From sequence record AP019418.1: a DNA stretch of 64,000 nt; one strand, written 5' to 3'. How positions within the stretch are numbered: position 1 is the first letter of the stretch; each line of letters opens with the position of its first letter. The position numbers and the translations under genes were made by a program. The notes below the pieces were generated by a model. The model was given only the letters and a program-made list of their open reading frames with translations, ran no database searches and had not been told where the DNA came from. This document shows positions 17,806 through 26,690 of the stretch, in pieces.

Positions 17806-18465
17806 TTAACCACGCGTTATATTAAATAACCGTCTTTTCTGATCAAGTAATAAAATAGCGCTTGTGGTAATTTTAATGTTAAACCTACGTTTAGCTAAAC
17901 TCTGAGCTACTAGTTCAATAGCATCAACTAGATCGATTGATTCTATATCACCTGTATTTTTAGATTTACTAATTGGTTTACTAAGAATTTTCCATCCCTT
18001 AGTAAAATTACTAGCTGACGGCTTTTGACCTATCTTGCTACGAAAAAATAGTCCAACTAATTTACTAGCTAGTTCACGTGGATCATTAAAATCTGTTTCT
18101 GGTGAATGTAAGGTAATATTACTGTTTGCCAGGAATTCATGGTTCTCCGCACGATCCTCGATGGTTTTAGCACGTGGATCAAAATCCCAACAATTAACAG
18201 TTATATTTACGTCATTACCATTACGACGTAGATCAATACATCTAATGAAATCAGTCATATCAAACTTACGTTCAACATCACGCATGTCATTAGCAATCTT
18301 CTCTAATTCATCGTTATCAGTAATACCAACTTGCTTAGTAATATCAAAAGTCAAATCGGCTAAAACGGATTGAGGAAAACTGGTTGCGATCAGCAAACGC
18401 AGTACGATTTCTGGACGACTTTTTCTATCTTTGTCGCCTGACATCTTCTCAAAGGTATTAGTCAT
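17806..18465 (-). CDS. Hypothetical protein (219 aa)
   Basis: ORF with GGGA RBS. Confidence 0.8.
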   Translation of the reverse strand: MTNTFEKMSGDKDRKSRPEIVLRLLIATSFPQSVLADLTFDITKQVGITDNDELEKIANDMRDVERKFDMTDFIRCIDLRRNGNDVNITVNCWDFDPRAKTIEDRAENHEFLANSNITLHSPETDFNDPRELASKLVGLFFRSKIGQKPSASNFTKGWKILSKPISKSKNTGDIESIDLVDAIELVAQSLAKRRFNIKITTSAILLLDQKRRLFNITRG

Positions 18466-18484
18466 GATGGCTATCCCAAAAAGG

Positions 18485-18916
18485 TTAGTTCACACCATTT
18501 AAACGCTCCCAGTCATCTAGGGTTGCACGAGCATCAAATAGTGCGTTGTGAAGCATTTTAGAACCTTTTCCACTTAGCTCATGATTTAATTCAAATATAG
18601 TTGGTAACTCAACAACTTGTTTACCTTTACCCATATCCATAGCTTTACCAGTGTAAACCATATCGTTAACATGATTAGCTATAAAATGTAATCGAGCAAA
18701 CTGACCAAGAAACTTGGCTAGTCTATCATGGAATTCTTCTAAAGAGATTGGTTCTTTTTGAAGAATAGGAATAACGTTTTCTTTAACCCATTCATCTTCA
18801 ATATTGTCATATGGTAGAACTTCGTAGAATTCACAACGTCGATCTTCACTAACAATACCGAGTGAAATAAGAGTACCAGTAGGCGTATCAAATTCTGTAT
18901 CAACAAAAAGTAACAT
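18485..18916 (-). CDS. DEDDh 3'-5' exonuclease (Rv2179c/RNase AS-like small family)
   Basis: FVDTEF (ExoI D-x-E), central D in HVNDM, HNALFDA (ExoIII H-x4-D). Confidence 0.85.
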   Translation of the reverse strand: MLLFVDTEFDTPTGTLISLGIVSEDRRCEFYEVLPYDNIEDEWVKENVIPILQKEPISLEEFHDRLAKFLGQFARLHFIANHVNDMVYTGKAMDMGKGKQVVELPTIFELNHELSGKGSKMLHNALFDARATLDDWERLNGVN

Positions 18917-18972
18917 AGTAGTTTTCCTTATACGAAAGTCTTATCATAACAATAATGCACTTACGTCAAAAA

Positions 18973-18995
18973 GAGAGAACCATGGCGGTTCTCTC
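18973..18995 (-). terminator. Intrinsic terminator
   Basis: GAGAGAACC-ATGGC-GGTTCTCTC with TTTT tail on the minus strand. Confidence 0.75.
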
Positions 18996-19006
18996 CTATA
19001 AAAGTA

Positions 19007-19495
19007 TTAGACTTTTAGTCCACGAATATTGAAGATTATTTGACAAGCTGCAATTATTCTATTTCTAGAAATCTTTACAGGAATTTTGTAGTGGTTGAGT
19101 ACAGCTTTAGGATTCTCAACACTCATCAATTCTTTAAGTAATTCGTCGCTAATTTTATTATGTGTCAGGACAAAGGTTGCGACATCGTGGTCCCAGCATC
19201 GTTTTATTGCACTACAAGCACGAATATACTTCTCGGCTAATTCGGGGCTAAAATCTAATGCTTCTAGCCATCTTTTGCGACCAGCAGTGTAAATCACTCG
19301 TGTACGAGTATTCGATGGGACAGCTACAATGTAGCCTGTACCTGGTGTCCTACGCTCTTCAATAGGTCTGATATTCCAATCACCAATCGTCCTAATTAGT
19401 GTAGATAAATCATCATTAGCACCATAGTAGCCAATAGGTAAACCTAAACTTACTTGTGTATCTATTTGGTCTACAGTTTGATGTGTAATAACCAT
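19007..19495 (-). CDS. Hypothetical protein (162 aa)
   Basis: ORF flanked by terminators. Confidence 0.8.
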   Translation of the reverse strand: MVITHQTVDQIDTQVSLGLPIGYYGANDDLSTLIRTIGDWNIRPIEERRTPGTGYIVAVPSNTRTRVIYTAGRKRWLEALDFSPELAEKYIRACSAIKRCWDHDVATFVLTHNKISDELLKELMSVENPKAVLNHYKIPVKISRNRIIAACQIIFNIRGLKV

Positions 19496-19604
19496 TGTAG
19501 TTCTCTTCCCAATAGGGTTTTATAAACTTCCACAAGACTAAACTCCATTATAGCCCTATCAGATTGGGTAATAAAACTTAATAAAAAAAAATATTAAACA
19601 TAAA

Positions 19605-19626
19605 ACCCTCTCCCGAAGGAGAGGGT
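19605..19626 (-). terminator. Intrinsic terminator with UUCG tetraloop
   Basis: Minus strand ACCCTCTCC-TTCG-GGAGAGGGT-TTTATG. Confidence 0.85.
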
Positions 19627-19637
19627 AATATATAACT

Positions 19638-20000
19638 TTATCCATACATCACGAAAGGTACTTCGTAAACAATTAGATAAGTATACATTAGTTTAAAACC
19701 AATGTGTAACCACTGATCTTGATTAAATGTAATTTTATTATCACATTTTAAATAATCAATAATGCAGTGAGAAATTGTTTCAATAAGTCCTAAAACTAAT
19801 GAACCAGTAATGAAATAAACTGCGCCACCATGCATGAAGCTGTGTGCAGGTAATACCCATTTCCAATATAGTGAACCTAGTTCAGTAGTATGATTTTTAG
19901 CCTTTGCAATGAAATCATTTTGCAATGAAAAATCAAAGATGAAGTGCGCTACAATTAAACCAAAGAATAATGCCATTGAGTTGACACTGATTAATTCCAT
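19638..20000 (-). CDS. DUF3307-family membrane protein
   Basis: HFIFDF, HSFMHG, HCIIDYLK and DQWLH motifs on hydrophobic helices. Confidence 0.85.
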   Translation of the reverse strand: MELISVNSMALFFGLIVAHFIFDFSLQNDFIAKAKNHTTELGSLYWKWVLPAHSFMHGGAVYFITGSLVLGLIETISHCIIDYLKCDNKITFNQDQWLHIGFKLMYTYLIVYEVPFVMYG

Positions 20001-20011
20001 TTTATTTCCGC

Positions 20012-20374
20012 CTAGAAAGGTATTTCATCTTCAACAATGTGTGAATAGTCGATATTATGTTTTTCACATAATTCTTTAAATTTATCTATTTTGGTCATAG
20101 CCTCTAATAAATCATTATGTAATTTATTTTTATAATTCTTACCAAAATCAGCAGGGTCAAATACAGATTTATAATAGGCATATATTTCAGAATATTCTTT
20201 CTTTAAAATATCAATAACTACTGGATCATTACCATCACCAAGATAACTAATCAGATGACATAAATCATAGTTTTGACGACGAGCTGCTTTTAAGATAAGT
20301 TCATTAATTTCAATTAATTCAGACTTATTACATCGCCTTCTTTTTATAGATCGAGTGATTTTATTAAATATCAT
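20012..20374 (-). CDS. Hypothetical protein (120 aa)
   Basis: ORF starting 1 nt after the upstream stop. Confidence 0.7.
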   Translation of the reverse strand: MIFNKITRSIKRRRCNKSELIEINELILKAARRQNYDLCHLISYLGDGNDPVVIDILKKEYSEIYAYYKSVFDPADFGKNYKNKLHNDLLEAMTKIDKFKELCEKHNIDYSHIVEDEIPF

Positions 20375-20375
20375 A

Positions 20376-20676
20376 TTAAGTTATCCCTAACCATTGTAGA
20401 TAACCACTATCACTTAATCCACGATAATAATCATCTTTATTTTTACGTAAATAACAATAAACTATTTTACCCATTAATTGATAGTTAGCTTCATTATCAA
20501 AGGTAAATTCTTTTTNNNNNNNNNNCATGAAAGATATAAGTCAACCCATAATTCAACTCATTATTTAATACTTGAATACTAGTAGATCTATTAGATTTAA
20601 TCTGAAGTGGATGCTCAACAATCGCCTTGAATGCTTTATTGCATAAGAGAATATTTTGTATTTTTAATGAATCCAT
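20376..20676 (-). CDS. Hypothetical protein spanning the scaffold gap (MDSLKIQNILLCNKAF...N-gap...KEFTFDNEANYQLMGKIVYCYLRKNKDDYYRGLSDSGYLQWLGIT)
   Basis: Open frames on both sides of the Ns; missed by the ORF track; true length unknown. Confidence 0.6.
20516..20525. other. Assembly gap (10 N)
   Basis: nnnnnnnnnn in the sequence. Confidence 1.
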
Positions 20677-20738
20677 GACATTACCTGACTTTGTATTTAT
20701 AATTTACCTATATCAAATTAGAAGTAGGTAATAATGAG

Positions 20739-20796
20739 CTGACCCAGTAGTCTTCAATCTCAGCCTAATTGGATCAGTGTTTAGACTGAGATTGAA
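20739..20796 (-). ncRNA. Structured intercistronic RNA: 16-bp hairpin with a loop complementary to a downstream 8-mer (pseudoknot)
   Basis: Minus-strand stem UUCAAUCUCAGUCUAA/UUAGGCUGAGAUUGAA; loop CUGAUCCA pairs with UGGGUCAG. Confidence 0.5.
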
Positions 20797-20831
20797 TATT
20801 AAGCTGTAGTGGTACTTTAATCAATGATGTA

Positions 20832-21188
20832 TTATGGATTTCCGGCAAGCCAGCTTACTGCACATATTGCTGCCTCATCAAATTGATTCAATGAGAATTT
20901 GGTTATCCGAACAGCCTGTGCCATATTAAGAACTTTAAATTCACTATCACCAGACTCAATATGAGATATCATGCCAAGATGATCATTGCTGGTATCATAA
21001 ACTGCAATGCGGATATCCTTGCCTCTCTCAACCACATATGCAATAGATCGTTTTGTTACAGGGTTATCGATGACATTAACTGTTTCACGCAATGTAGCGT
21101 CGAGCCGGGATGCATTAATATGAATGCTAATTGCATTCAGCAAATGATGCTCAATCTGTCGCCCTGTTTCAAGAGTTAGAGAACCCAT
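20832..21188 (-). CDS. Hypothetical protein (118 aa)
   Basis: GGAG RBS. Confidence 0.8.
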   Translation of the reverse strand: MGSLTLETGRQIEHHLLNAISIHINASRLDATLRETVNVIDNPVTKRSIAYVVERGKDIRIAVYDTSNDHLGMISHIESGDSEFKVLNMAQAVRITKFSLNQFDEAAICAVSWLAGNP

Positions 21189-21200
21189 TATAATCTCCTT

Positions 21201-21563
21201 TTAGAATCCAAGATAATCAAAGAATCCATGGTAATCGAATGTGCGTGTTGGGATACTTGTATCCGAAAAGAACGTATTTATTTGTTTGGCTAATTCAGTG
21301 TAGTAATGTGAATTATATTTGTTGATCTTAGTAACCATCTTCTCATCAAAGAGATAGGTTACACGCATATTCAGTGGTTTAACTACATTGATCTCAATAA
21401 CTACCTTACGAACCATATCCTCAGATAAGAGTATACACTTAGCGTCACATGGTGAAACCTCTATTTTAATACCTACACAAGGCTTGAGGTTATCGTGATA
21501 TTTCGTGAGTTCCTCTAATACAGCATCCATAGTTTGGATGAGCTTTATATTGGTAATGTTCAT
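21201..21563 (-). CDS. Hypothetical protein (120 aa)
   Basis: 1-nt stop/start overlap with the upstream gene. Confidence 0.8.
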   Translation of the reverse strand: MNITNIKLIQTMDAVLEELTKYHDNLKPCVGIKIEVSPCDAKCILLSEDMVRKVVIEINVVKPLNMRVTYLFDEKMVTKINKYNSHYYTELAKQINTFFSDTSIPTRTFDYHGFFDYLGF

Positions 21564-22300
21564 TACAGCCCCTCGTAAATATCCTTTCGTTTTGGATTGA
21601 TGCCTGCAACCTTACCTTTATCATTATTGATGTAACAAAGGAATTCATCGCAAGTGGTGGTCTTTACAAATGGGATAATTTGATTGAGTTCTAGTAAAGT
21701 ATATTCTTTACCAAAGTATTTACACATTTGTGTAAGTTGACTACACACTACATTATAAAAGCCCCTAGTATTTTGTAGTGTAAGATACTCACCATCAATC
21801 ACTCTATCATTATTTACCATGTATACATCACGAATAGGATAAGTGTCTTTTAAGGGACCATTGCCAAATTTGACACCATGTACCCCATTAGGCCCATTTA
21901 GTAAATAGTATCCAGTTGGTACTGACCAATAAGTAGTTCCTTTAAATCCCAATAGATACCCATATGGTTCATGATAATCAGATGTATAGCACTGATCATT
22001 CTCACAAATAACCTCTTGATACATCGAGTATTCAACAGGTAGTTGTTTAGTTGGATCACTAGGGTGAACCACCAATATTATTGAATTTTCTGGATAACTG
22101 GTCCAACCGCAACTACCCAGTTTGGATTGCTTATTGAAATTACATGGAGCAATTCGCGGAGTATGATTAGAGTAGAATAATGGTACTCCATAAAAAGCAA
22201 GTGGTTCGTAATTAACACTAGCTTTAGTATACATGCCAATACTAATCAGAAATACTGCACAGAATATACGCATCGATAATTTAAACATCAGTGCATCCAC
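21563..22300 (-). CDS. Predicted secreted Cys-rich protein (245 aa)
   Basis: N-terminal signal peptide (MRIFCAVFLISIGMYTKA) and paired cysteines in the mature part. Confidence 0.7.
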   Translation of the reverse strand: MDALMFKLSMRIFCAVFLISIGMYTKASVNYEPLAFYGVPLFYSNHTPRIAPCNFNKQSKLGSCGWTSYPENSIILVVHPSDPTKQLPVEYSMYQEVICENDQCYTSDYHEPYGYLLGFKGTTYWSVPTGYYLLNGPNGVHGVKFGNGPLKDTYPIRDVYMVNNDRVIDGEYLTLQNTRGFYNVVCSQLTQMCKYFGKEYTLLELNQIIPFVKTTTCDEFLCYINNDKGKVAGINPKRKDIYEGL

Positions 22301-23072
22301 CCTCGGTTTCCTTAATTGCTAATTTTACTAATACACTTACCCATGCGCCTTCATCGAGTAGCCAACCAGCTGCACCCGTGCCATGCTCGGCAAATCCAAG
22401 ACTATCTAAATAATGTAGCATGAATGTAGTCGGACCAAATCCATATTTCTTATCACATTCATTACGTTTAGAAATATTCCACCCTTGGCGATATATATCC
22501 AATACATCATCAATATACTGCAATTCTGCTTCTGGATGGCCACAACCACACAGGTTTAATAATTTGCGTGTAATGGTATTGCATGTATCACTATATTCTT
22601 TTTCATTATAATCAATGAAAGTGCCTTCCCGTTTGAATAGTTGCTTATCGGATGTTAAATCATTAAAATGACCAGGATAATCTTGAGATGGAAGTGCACC
22701 TAGTGCCATTAGTATAATAACACGCGGATCTTTACGCTCAACTGATTCAATGAGTACTTTAAAGTTGAGTTCTCGTTGTACCACATTGTTATCAATGTTG
22801 ATATTATTCAGAAGAATGTCCATAGCTTCTTGACCATGCCAACTACGGAGGTTAGGTTGATTATTAGTATAACCAGTGATGGTCAATTGGTTAGCTGTGT
22901 TTGATTTACCAACAGTAACATGTAAGTAATAAGGGCATTGTTCTAATTTATCAGCAATACCAGTTGAAGATTTGTTACCCTCAAGTAGTCCAACATCGCC
23001 ATGACCGATATACAAACAGATACCTTCTGTAGAAGGTTGAGTAGTATAGTTAAAGTTCAAGGATTTAAACAT
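22281..23072 (-). CDS. Hypothetical two-domain protein (263 aa)
   Basis: GAGGA RBS; C-terminal LCGCGHPE and EHGTG motifs. Confidence 0.8.
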   Translation of the reverse strand: MFKSLNFNYTTQPSTEGICLYIGHGDVGLLEGNKSSTGIADKLEQCPYYLHVTVGKSNTANQLTITGYTNNQPNLRSWHGQEAMDILLNNINIDNNVVQRELNFKVLIESVERKDPRVIILMALGALPSQDYPGHFNDLTSDKQLFKREGTFIDYNEKEYSDTCNTITRKLLNLCGCGHPEAELQYIDDVLDIYRQGWNISKRNECDKKYGFGPTTFMLHYLDSLGFAEHGTGAAGWLLDEGAWVSVLVKLAIKETEGGCTDV

Positions 23073-23099
23073 ACTCTTTCCTCTATTATAAATGATTAG

Positions 23100-23540
23100 T
23101 TATTTACCGTTTATATAAAGATTAAATGGACATTGACACATGAATTCCGCATTTAGAATACTTTCAATATTGTAACTAATTGATTTATCAGTGATGATGT
23201 TGATATCTAAATACCACGTTTTAGTATTTTGAGTAACTAGTCTGTATTCAATGTCAATACTAAAGCCAGGTGCATCGACTGGGTCATTATCACCTTCATG
23301 CTGATAAATAAAGTGTGAACATAAAGTATACCTAGCTTTAATATATTCATCTGGTTTTATAACTTTTAAAGGGGCATTGATACGTGACATAAAACCATGA
23401 TAATTAAATTCTTTATCCCTAATGTCGATAATTTTAGGAGTAACCGATACATAGGCTGGCCATTGTGGTAAATCTAGTTCACCATGTTTAGATTGGTCTT
23501 TATCAACGATATGAAAAGCCCTAACAATTCTATTAAACAT
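23100..23540 (-). CDS. Hypothetical protein (146 aa)
   Basis: AAGG RBS. Confidence 0.8.
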   Translation of the reverse strand: MFNRIVRAFHIVDKDQSKHGELDLPQWPAYVSVTPKIIDIRDKEFNYHGFMSRINAPLKVIKPDEYIKARYTLCSHFIYQHEGDNDPVDAPGFSIDIEYRLVTQNTKTWYLDINIITDKSISYNIESILNAEFMCQCPFNLYINGK

Positions 23541-23573
23541 TTGATATACCTTTTAACAAAAAAATTATAAAGA

Positions 23574-23596
23574 AGAGTCCCCGTAATGGGGACTCT
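23574..23596 (-). terminator. Intrinsic terminator
   Basis: AGAGTCCCC-GTAAT-GGGGACTCT. Confidence 0.8.
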
Positions 23597-23609
23597 ATTA
23601 TATCGTGTT

Positions 23610-23861
23610 TTATTTTTTATCGCGACTAGATGGAGCTAGCTTATAGAACTTCCGAAACTTATTAATAGACAATGTAAATGAATCTTCCCTACCATCTGGA
23701 TAACCGAGATAAACATCACGTCGAGATAGTTTAATTAGCTTATGTGCAGTTGATACGCCATTTCGCTCAACTAAAAAAGTGCGACCAATATAAGCTTCTA
23801 GATTATCAAGCTCAGTTGCAGGAATATATTTAGATTCTTTCAGAGTCAGGGTAGTGCTCAT
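23610..23861 (-). CDS. Small hypothetical protein (83 aa, SH3-like pattern)
   Basis: ORF in operon. Confidence 0.7.
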   Translation of the reverse strand: MSTTLTLKESKYIPATELDNLEAYIGRTFLVERNGVSTAHKLIKLSRRDVYLGYPDGREDSFTLSINKFRKFYKLAPSSRDKK

Positions 23862-23898
23862 TTAATTTCTTCACCAGTTACGAAGTAATAAATTAATT

Positions 23899-24960
23899 TT
23901 ATTTCCAGAGTGTTTTACCAATTAGATCATTTTCCGCAATGAATGCATCTAATTGATGTCCATAGTAAAGTAAACTATGAATTTGTTGATTTAGTCGTTC
24001 TTTATTTGAACCTAAGAACATCTTGTGCTTCTCACCATCAGGTAGTTGATCGTAAACTCGTTGGCAGTACTTCTGTGCCACAACCTTACCAGATGCAAGG
24101 AAACGCTCATCACCTTCGAATAACTGAGGGATAATATTTTCATCAAGATACTTACTGATTTCAGTATCTAGATCAAAATGTAAATCACAGTCAGATACTT
24201 CTACAGGATTTTCCTGCTGTGCATCATTCCATGGGATGTCCGAACTTTCACTATTGCTATCATATTCACTATTACTTGAGGATGTGTCAGATAGCTGCTC
24301 ATCAAAAGATGATTGTTTATTCTTTTGTTTTTCACGCAAGAAGATAATCGATTCAACAATTTCATTAACAATGACATCTAGACCACGATTAGCATCGACC
24401 GTAATAGAACTAGGTTGATTGATGAGTCGTTCAAAACCTTTATCAACCTTATCGAAGTAATCAGATCCTTTAGATTCATAATAATCAAGACGCCTATTAC
24501 TTCTCTTAATTCGTTCTTCACGTACCTCTTTAGGTGCAGTCAGGAAGAAGGTAGCTGGCTCTGGGATAGAGTGTAAGGTTCCTTGAAGGATATCCATAAA
24601 CAATTTTGATAGATATGGATTAGTTTCTTCGAAAGGATACACATTTAGAGCATATGTCGATGCAATGAATCGCTCGGTAATAACAATCTTATCTTCTTTA
24701 AGAGCAGGTAAGATGATATTCTCTACATTCATCACTCTATATGCACTATGCATCAGTACATCAAATTCCGGTGGTCGAACATCATTGTGTTTAGGCCAAA
24801 TCAGCATTTGTCGGATTTCTTCTGATGTATTTGTACCGCCAGGTTCACGTAGTGTTACGACATCATATCCACGTTTAAAAAGCTCCGCAACAACCATTTT
24901 TGTAACGGTCGTTTTACCGACACCTTCATTCCCTTCAATACTTACAAATAAACCATTCAT
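23899..24960 (-). CDS. tmk: Thymidylate kinase with C-terminal extension (gp188-like)
   Basis: SIEGNEGVGKTT P-loop, LREPGGT, TERFIAS; about 140 extra residues after a Ser/Asp-rich linker. Confidence 0.93.
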   Translation of the reverse strand: MNGLFVSIEGNEGVGKTTVTKMVVAELFKRGYDVVTLREPGGTNTSEEIRQMLIWPKHNDVRPPEFDVLMHSAYRVMNVENIILPALKEDKIVITERFIASTYALNVYPFEETNPYLSKLFMDILQGTLHSIPEPATFFLTAPKEVREERIKRSNRRLDYYESKGSDYFDKVDKGFERLINQPSSITVDANRGLDVIVNEIVESIIFLREKQKNKQSSFDEQLSDTSSSNSEYDSNSESSDIPWNDAQQENPVEVSDCDLHFDLDTEISKYLDENIIPQLFEGDERFLASGKVVAQKYCQRVYDQLPDGEKHKMFLGSNKERLNQQIHSLLYYGHQLDAFIAENDLIGKTLWK

Positions 24961-25292
24961 TACTGATCCTTCATCTTAAATTCAATTACTGCTTCAACGT
25001 TATCTTTTAAATCTTGTTGCGATAATTTTAATGAAGCCCTATAACCTAAGCTATATAGAACGTCAACTAATGCATCAATGCTTAGAGCTGGTAAATTACA
25101 CATTTTAATATTTTCACTAAGTTCATCAGAGATACCTAGTTTAGTGAAAACATCGTCAATCAATACTTTTTGAGAAATGGCTTTTTGTCGAACAGTTTGT
25201 ACAATTACAATAACTAGATTAGATTTGATATCGTTAGAATGTGATTTTTTATTATCACCATAAACTTCTTTAAATAAATTCTGATCCGCCAT
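24960..25292 (-). CDS. Possible XRE/HigA2-like helix-turn-helix protein (110 aa)
   Basis: Pattern KLGIS...LSIDALVDVLYSLGY resembles XRE-type HTH C-termini. Confidence 0.45.
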   Translation of the reverse strand: MADQNLFKEVYGDNKKSHSNDIKSNLVIVIVQTVRQKAISQKVLIDDVFTKLGISDELSENIKMCNLPALSIDALVDVLYSLGYRASLKLSQQDLKDNVEAVIEFKMKDQ

Positions 25293-25358
25293 GATACCTA
25301 ATTCCTTAAATTATTAAAATGTATTATTTAACCATTAAACTTTTTAATATAAAATGAC

Positions 25359-25379
25359 CAGTGGGTACATTACCCACTG
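25359..25379 (-). terminator. Intrinsic terminator
   Basis: CAGTGGGTA-CAT-TACCCACTG. Confidence 0.7.
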
Positions 25380-25409
25380 ATCTTATTATATTGACATAGC
25401 TAGTATATA

Positions 25410-25814
25410 TTAGCTATTGACATCTTCAAAGAAGCTGGCTACACTTTCAACAACATCATTCATAGCGCTGCTCTTATATTTGGTATCTACCACCGTAACA
25501 AGCTCGCCTTTACGATCGATAATACCAGAAACAGTTGCACCACCTGCATTATAGGAATAACCCAGTTCAGCAATGTTTTCATTTTCTTTCATGTACGGTG
25601 CAGCTTTTTCAGCAAATACATAACTTACAGCTGCTGCCAGTTGCCCTGCACCTTCATGTACCTGAGCATACTGCTCGGCGGTCACGCCTGCCGGTTGTAG
25701 AACAACTTCTTCAAATAGACCATCCGGGATTTCGAATACCCCGGCATCGGACATGCTTACTTTTTCATTTAGGTTGTGAGTTTCGATAAACTTCTTGGTG
25801 GTTTCGATGGACAT
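25410..25814 (-). CDS. Conserved jumbo-phage acidic protein (134 aa)
   Basis: GAGAG RBS; codon choice (GGC, GCC, ACC, GAG) unlike its neighbours, suggesting high expression. Confidence 0.8.
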   Translation of the reverse strand: MSIETTKKFIETHNLNEKVSMSDAGVFEIPDGLFEEVVLQPAGVTAEQYAQVHEGAGQLAAAVSYVFAEKAAPYMKENENIAELGYSYNAGGATVSGIIDRKGELVTVVDTKYKSSAMNDVVESVASFFEDVNS

Positions 25815-25844
25815 TTTAGTACTCTCTCTATTTAGGGTGGTGGT

Positions 25845-26087
25845 TTAATTTACATCTTTCATTACAAAGCAACTACCATCATTAAAGACAATCTTAATTA
25901 GATTGTCAGTTAATGGTCGTTTATATACAACACATTTTACATCGGGGAGTTTAACTACTTCTTTTAAAGCATCTGGCATACCAATTAGATTAATGGTAGC
26001 TGCTACTTTATTTAGTGTGTCAAGATGTGAAATCAGCTCATGTGCTGACTTAACCAAATCTACCATTGTTTTGTCTTTATCTACCAT
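25845..26087 (-). CDS. Hypothetical protein (about 80 aa; start re-set to MVDKDK)
   Basis: ATG at 26087 directly follows the upstream stop; the track start overlaps the upstream gene. Confidence 0.65.
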   Translation of the reverse strand: MVDKDKTMVDLVKSAHELISHLDTLNKVAATINLIGMPDALKEVVKLPDVKCVVYKRPLTDNLIKIVFNDGSCFVMKDVN

Positions 26088-26088
26088 G

Positions 26089-26583
26089 CTAGTTACTCGA
26101 TTTGATATATGAGGTACATACATCGCCAAAGTCTTCACCACTAGTATCAGCTACAATTGCAACTGGCGACCATCGAGCGGCAACAGCCTCACATACACCG
26201 ATCGAATTCACTCGACGAATCGCATGAGCACCAGTATCAATTACACTGAAACTGAGTTCACTAATGATTTCCACTCCTTTTAGTTCAGCGCTACTATCAA
26301 TAACCTGGGTACTAATTAGATAGTTAGCTGTATCATTATTATACGCAAGTACTAGTCTAAAAACCATGAGGGAGTTATCATTATCGGTGATGCCAGCGAC
26401 TAGCTCATGATTCGAAGTGAGTGTATAGATACAACTACTTTCTTGAGTGGTAATTGGTAATCCTGGTGAAGAACTATATACACTAGGTGCATTAGCTGTA
26501 TGTAGTTCAAACTTATTTACAGCGGAGTTAGGACCAGGAACTTTATAACCAATAGGTCGGGCAGTGAAGATTACAACGTTCAT
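26089..26583 (-). CDS. Hypothetical early protein (164 aa)
   Basis: GAGGA RBS, TATATTAC upstream. Confidence 0.8.
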   Translation of the reverse strand: MNVVIFTARPIGYKVPGPNSAVNKFELHTANAPSVYSSSPGLPITTQESSCIYTLTSNHELVAGITDNDNSLMVFRLVLAYNNDTANYLISTQVIDSSAELKGVEIISELSFSVIDTGAHAIRRVNSIGVCEAVAARWSPVAIVADTSGEDFGDVCTSYIKSSN

Positions 26584-26628
26584 TATGATTCCTCTTTACT
26601 AGATAGTTATTTTCCTAATTGCGTATTA

Positions 26629-26650
26629 GTAATATAAATCTCAAATTTTT
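26629..26650 (-). promoter_or_regulatory. Early promoter (TATATTAC)
   Basis: Minus strand AAAATTTGAGATTTATATTAC. Confidence 0.8.
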
Positions 26651-26666
26651 TTCATTACGATATAAA

Positions 26667-26684
26667 GCCTCCCCGAAGGGAGGC
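26667..26684 (-). terminator. Intrinsic terminator with UUCG tetraloop
   Basis: Minus strand GCCTCCC-TTCG-GGGAGGC-TTTAT. Confidence 0.8.
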
Positions 26685-26690
26685 AATATG

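Noticed and set aside
19625-19632. Perfect TATATTAC (minus strand) overlapping a terminator arm
   Set aside because: It lacks the upstream AGATC/A-tract, and its start site would fall inside the hairpin; probably coincidental
20753-20777. Hairpin arm GGCTGAGATTGAA matches 16S nt 21-33 (GGCTCAGATTGAA) at 12 of 13 positions
   Set aside because: Too short to be significant given the search space. Worth revisiting only if the 13-kb anti-16S element is confirmed
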